Assembly (NCBI GenBank): GCA_964016885.1
Contig: OZ024745.1
Coordinates: forward strand, 42,284,001 to 42,348,000
DNA from: Eledone cirrhosa
Taxonomy: Eukaryota
Reading direction: 5' to 3'
DNA: 64,000 bases
The notes under the pieces are model-generated. The model was not told where the DNA came from and searched no databases. It was given only the letters and a program-made list of their open reading frames with translations. Positions 55,101 through 64,000 of this stretch are shown here, one piece after another (within the stretch, counting starts at the first letter, position 1; the number at the start of each line of letters is the position of its first letter). The position numbers and the translations under genes are program-made.

Positions 55101-57602
55101 GACAAGGCAAAAGAATGCAGGGTGACTCTGGGTTTCAATGAACTATAGTCTCACCTTATTGCAGATGACTAGATGACTAGGCAATAGAATGCAGTGACTC
55201 CTGGCTTCAGTGAAGTATAGTCTAACCATTGTTTCAGATGACTTGATGACTAGGCAATAGAATGCAGAATGACTCCTGGCTTCTGTGAACTATAGTCCCA
55301 CCTTATTGCAGATGACTAGATTACTATGCAATAGAATGCAAAGTGACTCCTGGCTTCAGTGAACTATAGTCTCACATTATTGCAGATGACTAGAAGACTA
55401 GGCAATAGAATGCAGAGTGACTCCTGGCTTCTGTGAACTGTAGTATAACCATTGTTGCAGATGACTAGATGACTAGGCAATAGATTGCACAGTGACCCCG
55501 GGTCCAGTGAAGTATAGTCTCACCTTATTGCAGATGACTAGATGACTAGGCAATAGAATGCAGAGTGACTCCTGGCTTCAGTGAACTATAGACTCACCTT
55601 ATTGCAAATGACGAGATGACTAGGCAATAGAATGCAGAGTGACTCCTGGCTTCTGTGAACTATAGTCTCACCTTATTGCAGATGACTACATGACTAGGCA
55701 ATAGAATGCAGAGTGACTCCTGGCTTCAGTGAAGTATAGTCTAACCATTGTTGCAGATGACTAGATGACTAGGCAATAGAATGCAGAGTGACTCCTGGCT
55801 TCTGTGAACTATAGTCTCACCTTATTGCAGATGACTAGATGACTAGGCAATAGAATGCAGAGTGACTCCTGGCTTCAGTGAAGTATAGTCTAACCATTGT
55901 TGCAGATGACTAGATGACTAGGCAATAGAATGCAGAGTGACTCCTGGCTTCAGTGAACTATATTCTCAGCTTATTGCGGATGACTAGATGACTAGGCAAT
56001 AGAATGCAGAGTGACTCCTGACTTCATTGAACTATAGTCTCACCTTATTGCAGATGACTAGATGACTAGACAAAAGAATGCAAAGTGACTCCGGGTTTCA
56101 ATGAACTATAGTCTCACCTTATTGCAGATGACTAGATGACTAGGCAATAGAATGCAGTGACTCCTGGCTTCAGTGAAGTATAGTCTAGCCATTGTTGCAG
56201 ATGACAAGATGACTAGGCAATAGAATGCAGAGGGACTCCTGGCTTCATTGAACTATAGTCTAACCATTGTTTCAGATGACTAGATGACTAGGCAATAGAA
56301 TGCAGAATGACTCCTGGCTTCTGTGAACTATAGTCCCACCTTATTGCAGATGACTAGATTAACGCAATAGAATGCAGAGTGACTCTTGGCTTCAGTGAAC
56401 TATAGTCTCACATTATTGCAGATGACTAGAAACTAGGCAATAGAATGCAGAGTGAATCCTGGCTTCTGTGAACTGTAGTCTAAACATTGTTGCAGATGAC
56501 TAGATGACTAGGCAATAGAATGCAGAGTGACTCCGGGTTCAGTGAAGTATAGTCTCACCTTATTGCAGATGACTAGATGACTAGGCAATAGAATGCAGAG
56601 TGACTCCTGGCTTAAGTGAACTATAGTCTCACCTTATTGCAGATGACTAGATGACTAGGCAATAGAATGCAGAGGGACTCCTGGCTTCAGTGAAATATAG
56701 TCTCACCTTATTGCAGATGACTAGATGATTAGGCAATAGAATGCAGAGTGACTCCTTGCTTCAGTGAAGTATAGTCTAACCATTGTTGCAGATGACTAGA
56801 TGGCTAGGCAATAGAATGCAGAGTGACTCCTGGATTCTGTGAACTATAGTCTCACCTTATTGCAGATGACTAGATGACTAGGCAATAGAATGCAGAGTGA
56901 CTCCTGGCTTCAGTGAAGTATAGTCTAACCATTGTTGCAGATGACTAGATGACTAGGCAATAGAATGCAGTGACTCCTGGCTTCAGTGAAGTATAGTCTA
57001 ACCATTGTTGCAGATGACTAGATGACTAGGCAATAGAATGCAGAATGACTCCTGGCTTCAGTGAACTGTAGTCTAATCATTGTTGCAGATGACTAGATGA
57101 TTAGGTAATAGATTGCAGAGTGACTGCGGGCTTCAGTGAAGTATAGTCTCACCTTATTGCAGATGACTAGATGACTAGGCAATAGAATGCAGTGACTCCT
57201 GGCTTCAGTGAAGTATAGTCTAACCATTGTTTCAGATGACTAGATGACTAGGCAATAGAATGCAGAATGACTCCTGGCTTCTGTGAACTATAGTCCCACC
57301 TTAATTCAGATGACTAGATTACTACGCAATAGAATGCAGAGTGACTCCTGGCTTCAGTGAACTATAGTCTCACATTATTGCAGATGACTAGAAGACTAGG
57401 CAATAGAATGCAGAGTGACTCCTGGCTTCTGTGAACTGTTGTATAATCATTGTTGCAGATGACTAGATGACTAGGCAATAGATTGCAGAGTGACTCCGGG
57501 TTCAGTGAAGTATAGTCTCACCTTATTGCAGATGACTAGATGACTAGGCAATAGAATGCAGAGTGACTCCTGGCTTCAGTGAACTATAGACTCACCTTAT
57601 TG
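43166..57602. repeat. Homogeneous higher-order repeat, 4147 bp = 56 monomers, ~3.5 copies
   Basis: Units are 45237-49383 (4147 bp; 56 monomers counted by hand), 49384-53529 (4146 bp; 1-bp deletion near 50781) and 53530-57602 (4073 bp; one monomer lost). A half unit lies at 43166-45236. The marker GCTTCTGTCA occurs at 45281, 49428 and 53574. Confidence 0.93.
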
Positions 57603-59083
57603 CAAATGACGAGATGACTAGTCAATAGAAAGCAGAGTGACTCCTGGCTTCTGTGAACTATAGTCTCACCTTATTGCAGATGAACTAGATGACTAGGCAA
57701 TAGAATGCAGAGTGACTCCTGGCTTCAGTGAAGTATAGTCTAACCATTGTTGCAGATGACTAGATGACTAGGCAATAGAATGCAGAGTGACTCCTGGCTT
57801 CTGTGAACTATAGTCTCACCTTATTGCAGATGACTAGATGACTAGGCAATAGAATGCAGAGTGACTCCTGGCTTCAGTGAAGTATAGTCTAACCATTGTT
57901 GCAGATGACTAGATGACTAGGCAATAGAATGCAGAGTGACTCCTGGCTTCAGTGAACTATATTCTCAGCTTATTGCGGATGACTAGATGACTAGGCAATA
58001 GAATGCAGAGTGACTCCTGACTTCAGTGAACTATAGTTTCACCTTATTGCAGATGACTAGATGACTAGGCAAAAGAATGCAAAGTGACTCCGGGTTTCAA
58101 TGAACTATAGTCTCACCTTATTGCAGATGACTAGATGACTAGGCAATAGAATGCAGTGACTCCTGGCTTCAGTGAAGTATAGTCTAACCATTGTTGCAGA
58201 TGACTAGATGACTAGTCAATAGAATGCAGAGGGACTCCTGGCTTCAGTGAACTATAGTCTAACCATTGTTTCAGATGACTAGATGACTAGGCAATAGATT
58301 GCAGAGTGACTCCGGGTTCAGTGAAGTATAGTCTCACCTTATTGCAGATGACTAGATGACTAGGCAATAGAATGCAGAGTGACTCCTGGCTTAAGTGAAC
58401 TATAGTCTCACCTTATTGCAGATGACTAGATGACTAGGCAATAGAATGCAGAGTGACTCCTTGCTTCAGTGAAGTATAGTCTAACCATTGTTGCAGATGA
58501 CTAGATGACTAGACAATAGAATGCAGTGACTCCTGCCTTCAGTGAAGTATAGTCTAACCATTGTTGCAGATGACTAGATGACTAGGCAATAGAATGCAGA
58601 ATGACTCCTGGCTTCAGTGAACTATAGTCTCAACTTATTGCAGATGACTAGATGACTAGGCAATAGAATGGAGAGTGACTCCTGGCTTCTGTGAACTGTA
58701 GTCTAATCATTGTTGCAGATGACTAGATGATTAGGCAATAGATTGCAGAGTGACTGCGGGCTTCAGTGAAGTATAGTCTCACCTTATTGCAGATGAGTAG
58801 ATGACAAGGCAAAAGAATGCAGAGTGACTCCGGGTTTCAATGAACTATAGTCTCACCTTATTGCAGATGACTAGATGACTAGGCAATAGAATGCAGTGAC
58901 TCCTGGCTTCAGTGAAGTATAGTCTAACCATTGTTTCAGAAGACTAGATGACTAGGCAATAGATTGCAGAGTGACTCCGGGTTCAGTGAAGTATAGTCTC
59001 ACCTTATTGCAGATGACTAGATGACTAGGCATTAGAATGCAGAGTGACTCCTGGCTTCAGTGAACTATAGACTCACCTTATTG

Positions 59084-62000
59084 CAAATGACGAGATGACT
59101 AGGCAATAGAATGCAGAGTGACTCCTGGCTTCTGTGAACTATAGTCTCACCTTATTGCAGATGACTAGATGACTAGGCAATAGAATGCAGAGTGACTCCT
59201 GGCTTAAGTGAAGTATAGTCTAACCATTGTTGCAGATGACTAGATGACTAGGCAATAGAATGCAGAGTGACTCCTGGCTTCTGTGAACTATAGTCGCACC
59301 TTATTGCAGATGACTAGATGACTAGGCAATAGAATGCAGAGTGACTCCTGGCTTCAGTGAAGTATAGTCTAACCATTGTTGCAGATGACTAGATGACTAG
59401 GCAATAGAATGCAGAGTGACTCCTGGCTTCAGTGAACTATAGGCTCACCTTATTGCAGATGACTAGATGACTAAGCAAAAGAATGCAGAGTGACTGCTGG
59501 CTTCAGTGAACTATAGTCTCACCTTATTGCAGATGACTAGATGACTAGGCAATAGAATACAGAGGGACTCCTGGCTTCAGTGAACTATAGTCTCAGCTTA
59601 TTGCGGATGACTAGATGACTACGCAATAGAATGCAGAGTGACTCCTGACTTCAGTGAACTATAGTCTCACCTTATTGCAGATGACTAGATGTCTAGGCAA
59701 AAGAATGCAGAGTGACTCCGGGTTTCAATGAACTATAGTCTCACCTTATTGCAGATGACTAGATGACTAGGCAATAGAATGCAGTGACTCCTGGCTTCAG
59801 TGAAGTATAGTCTAACCATTGTTGCAGATGACTAGATGACTAGGCAATAGATTGCAGAGTGACTCCGGGTTTCAGTGAACTATAGTCTCACCTTATTGCA
59901 GATGACTAGATGACTAGGCAATAGAATGCAGAGTGACTCCTGGCTTCTGTGAACTATAGTCTCACCTTATTGCAGATGACTAGATTACTACGCAATAGAA
60001 TGCAGAGTGACTCCTGGCTTCAGTGAACTATAGTCTCACATTATTGCAGATGACTAGAAGACTAGGCAATAGAATGCAGAGTGACTCCTGGCTTCTGTGA
60101 ACTGTAGTCTAACCATTGTTGCAGATGACTAGATAACTAGGCAATAGATTGCAGAGTGACTCCGGGTTCAGTGAAGTATAGTCTCGCCTTATTGCAGATG
60201 ACTAGATGACTAGGCAATAGAATGCAGAGTGACTCCTGGCTTCGGTGAACTATAGTCTCACCTTATTGCAGATGACTAGATGACTAGGCAATAGAATGCA
60301 GAGGGACTCCTGGCTTCAGTGAACTATAGTCTCACCTTATTGCAGATGACTAGATGACTAGGCAATAGAATGCAGAGTGACTCCTGGCTTCGGTTAAGTA
60401 TAGTCTAACCTTTGTTGCAGATGACTAGATGACTAGTCAATAGAATGTAGAGTGACTCCTGGCTTCAGTGAACTATAGTCTCAACTTATTGCAGATGACT
60501 AGATGACTAGGCAATAGAATGGAGAGTGACTACTGGCTTCTGTGAACTGTAGTCTAATCATTGTTGCAGATGACTAGATGACTAGGCAATAGATTGCAGA
60601 GTGACTGCGGGCTTCAGTGAAGTATAGTCTCACCTTATTGCAGATGACTAGATGACAAGGCAAAAGAATGCAGGGTGACTCTGGGTTTCAATGAACTATA
60701 GTCTCACCTTATTGCAGATGACTAGATGACTAGGCAATAGAATGCAGTGACTCCTGGCTTCAGTGAAGTATAGTCTAACCATTGTTTCAGATGACTAGAT
60801 GACTAGGCAATAGAATGCAGAATGACTCCTGGCTTCTGTGAACTATAGTCCCACCTTATTGCAGATGACTAGATTACTATGCAATAGAATGCAAAGTGAC
60901 TCCTGGCTTCAGTGAACTATAGTCTCACATTATTGCAGATGACTAGAAGACTAGGCAATAGAATGCAGAGTGACTCCTGGCTTCTGTGAACTGTAGTATA
61001 ACCATTGTTGCAGATGACTAGATGACTAGGCAATAGATTGCAGAGTGACCCCGGGTCCAGTGAAGTATAGTCTCACCTTATTGCAGATGACTAGATGACT
61101 AGGCAATAGAATGCAGAGTGACTCCTGGCTTCAGTGAACTATAGACTCACCTTATTGCAAATGACGAGATGACTAGGCAATAGAATGCAGAGTGACTCCT
61201 GGCTTCTGTGAACTATAGTCTCACCTTATTGCAGATGACTACATGACTAGGCAATAGAATGCAGAGTGACTCCTGGCTTCAGTGAAGTATAGTCTAACCA
61301 TTGTTGCAGATGACTAGATGACTAGGCAATAGAATGCAGAGTGACTCCTGGCTTCTGTGAACTATAGTCTCACCTTATTGCAGATGACTAGATGACTAGG
61401 CAATAGAATGCAGAGTGACTCCTGGCTTCAGTGAAGTATAGTCTAACCATTGTTGCAGATGACTAGATGACTAGGCAATAGAATGCAGAGTGACTCCTGG
61501 CTTCAGTGAACTATATTCTCAGCTTATTGCGGATGACTAGATGACTAGGCAATAGAATGCAGAGTGACTCTTGACTTCATTGAACTATAGTCTCACCTTA
61601 TTGCAGATGACTAGATGACTAGGCAAAAGAATGCAAAGTGACTCCGGGTTTCAATGAACTATAGTCTCACCTTATTGCAGATGACTAGATGACTAGGCAA
61701 TAGAATGCAGTGACTCCTGGCTTCAGTGAAGTATAGTCTAGCCATTGTTGCAGATGACAAGATGACTAGGCAATAGAATGCAGAGGGACTCCTGGCTTCA
61801 TTGAACTATAGTCTAACCATTGTTTCAGATGACTAGATGACTAGGCAATAGAATGCAGAATGACTCCTGGCTTCTGTGAACTATAGTCCCACCTTATTGC
61901 AGATGACTAGATTAACGCAATAGAATGCAGAGTGACTCTTGGCTTCAGTGAACTATAGTCTCACATTATTGCAGATGACTAGAAACTAGGCAATAGAATG

Positions 62001-64000
62001 CAGAGTGAATCCTGGCTTCTGTGAACTGTAGTCTAAACATTGTTGCAGATGACTAGATGACTAGGCAATAGAATGCAGAGTGACTCCTTGCTTCAGTGAA
62101 GTATAGTCTAACCATTGTTGCAGATGACTAGATGGCTAGGCAATAGAATGCAGAGTGACTCCTGGATTCTGTGAACTATAGTCTCACCTTATTGCAGATG
62201 ACTAGATGACTAGGCAATAGAATGCAGAGTGACTCCTGGCTTCAGTGAAGTATAGTCTAACCATTGTTGCAGATGACTAGATGACTAGGCAATAGAATGC
62301 AGTGACTCCTGGCTTCAGTGAAGTATAGTCTAACCATTGTTGCAGATGACTAGATGACTAGGCAATAGAATGCAGAATGACTCCTGGCTTCAGTGAACTG
62401 TAGTCTAATCATTGTTGCAGATGACTAGATGATTAGGTAATAGATTGCAGAGTGACTGCGGGCTTCAGTGAAGTATAGTCTCACCTTATTGCAGATGACT
62501 AGATGACTAGGCAATAGAATGCAGTGACTCCTGGCTTCAGTGAAGTATAGTCTAACCATTGTTTCAGATGACTAGATGACTAGGCAATAGAATGCAGAAT
62601 GACTCCTGGCTTCTGTGAACTATAGTCCCACCTTAATTCAGATGACTAGATTACTACGCAATAGAATGCAGAGTGACTCCTGGCTTCAGTGAACTATAGT
62701 CTCACATTATTGCAGATGACTAGAAGACTAGGCAATAGAATGCAGAGTGACTCCTGGCTTCTGTGAACTGTTGTATAATCATTGTTGCAGATGACTAGAT
62801 GACTAGGCAATAGATTGCAGAGTGACTCCGGGTTCAGTGAAGTATAGTCTCACCTTATTGCAGATGACTAGATGACTAGGCAATAGAATGCAGAGTGACT
62901 CCTGGCTTCAGTGAACTATAGACTCACCTTATTGCAAATGACGAGATGACTAGTCAATAGAAAGCAGAGTGACTCCTGGCTTCTGTGAACTATAGTCTCA
63001 CCTTATTGCAGATGAACTAGATGACTAGGCAATAGAATGCAGAGTGACTCCTGGCTTCAGTGAAGTATAGTCTAACCATTGTTGCAGATGACTAGATGAC
63101 TAGGCAATAGAATGCAGAGTGACTCCTGGCTTCTGTGAACTATAGTCTCACCTTATTGCAGATGACTAGATGACTAGGCAATAGAATGCAGAGTGACTCC
63201 TGGCTTCAGTGAAGTATAGTCTAACCATTGTTGCAGATGACTAGATGACTAGACAATAGAATGCAGAGTGACTCCTGGCTTCAGTGAACTATATTCTCAG
63301 CTTATTGCGGATGACTAGATGACTAGGCAATAGAATGCAGAGTGACTCCTGACTTCAGTGAACTATAGTTTCACCTTATTGCAGATGACTAGATGACTAG
63401 GCAAAAGAATGCAAAGTGACTCCGGGTTTCAATGAACTATAGTCTCACCTTATTGCAGATGACTAGATGACTAGGCAATAGAATGCAGTGACACCTGGCT
63501 TCAGTGAAGTATAGTCTAACCATTGTTGCAGATGAATAGATGACTAGTCAATAGAATGCAGAGGGACTCCTGGCTTCAGTGAACTATAGTCTAACCATTG
63601 TTTCAGATGACTAGATGACTAGGCAATAGAATGCAGAATGACTCCTGGCTTCTGTGAACTATAGTCCCACCTTATTGCAGATGACTAGATTAACGCAATA
63701 GAATGCAGAGTGACTCCTGGCTTCTGTGAACTGTAGTCTAAACATTGTTGCAGATGACTAGATGACTAGGCAATAGATTGCAGAGTGACTCCGGGTTCAG
63801 TGAAGTATAGTCTCACCTTATTGCAGATGACTAGATGACTAGGCAATAGAATGCAGAGTGACTCCTGGCTTAAGTGAACTATAGTCTCACCTTATTGCAG
63901 ATGACTAGATGACTAGGCAATAGAATGCAGAGTGACTCCTTGCTTCAGTGAAGTATAGCCTAACCATTGTTGCAGATGACTAGATGACTAGACAATAGAA
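59084..64000. repeat. Re-duplication of ~53530-58520 (offset 5553-5554, then 5332 bp after a 3-monomer loss)
   Basis: CAAATGACGAG pairs at 53530/59084, 55605/61158 and 57603/62935. TTAGGTAATA lies at 57101 and 62433. GAACTGTTGTATAATC and TAGAAAGCAG are shared between the ~57.4-57.6 kb and ~62.8-63.0 kb copies. Confidence 0.85.

Larger units (their letters stand above)
1..64000. repeat. Tandem satellite DNA array, 74/75-bp monomer, ~860 copies, all in the same orientation; runs off both window ends
   Basis: CAGATGACTAGATGACTAGGCAATAGAATGCAGAGTGACTCCTGGCTTCAGTGAA recurs every 72-76 bp from base 1 to 64000 (e.g. monomer starts 45387, 45461, 45536, 45610). No unique sequence lies between copies. 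Confidence 0.99.

Noticed and set aside
1-64000. CRISPR array (74-75 bp period)
   Set aside because: There are no unique spacers: the whole unit is conserved apart from point variants. No cas genes or leader are present.
1-64000. CENP-B box or telomeric repeats
   Set aside because: No TTCG-N4-A-N2-CGGG motif and no TTAGGG-type runs were seen. TTCG and CGGG occur only separately in variants.
1-64000. Inversions, transposon insertions or embedded unique sequence
   Set aside because: Every line read matches the monomer in the same orientation. The only phase breaks are small indels, the 28-bp mini-monomer and the 23-bp duplication.

Overview
The whole 64 kb window is one uninterrupted, head-to-tail, single-orientation satellite array of about 860 monomers (estimated from 64000/74). 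There are two main monomer types. Type A is 74 bp: CAGATGACTAGATGACTAGGCAATAGAATGCAGAGTGACTCCTGGCTTCAGTGAACTATAGTCTCACCTTATTG (43% GC, no CpG). Type B is 75 bp and ends ...GTGAAGTATAGTCTAACCATTGTTG. I saw no genes, RNA genes, transposon insertions, CRISPR spacers or inversions, and I cannot name the satellite family or the organism; a eukaryotic heterochromatic or (peri)centromeric origin is an inference. The information lies in the order of monomer variants. Positions 1-17 kb form an irregular domain with its own variants and structural lesions. Positions 17-43 kb are a patchwork of 1-6 kb offset duplications. Positions ~43-57.6 kb hold a near-perfect 4147-bp (56-monomer) higher-order repeat (HOR) made of two collinear 28-monomer halves, each with two copies of a roughly 14-monomer module. 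Positions 57.6-64 kb are a derived re-duplication at a 5.3-5.5 kb offset. I found no convincing novel coding or RNA system. The speculative leads are an ARE/CNC-sMaf-like motif and a three-way-junction fold in each monomer.
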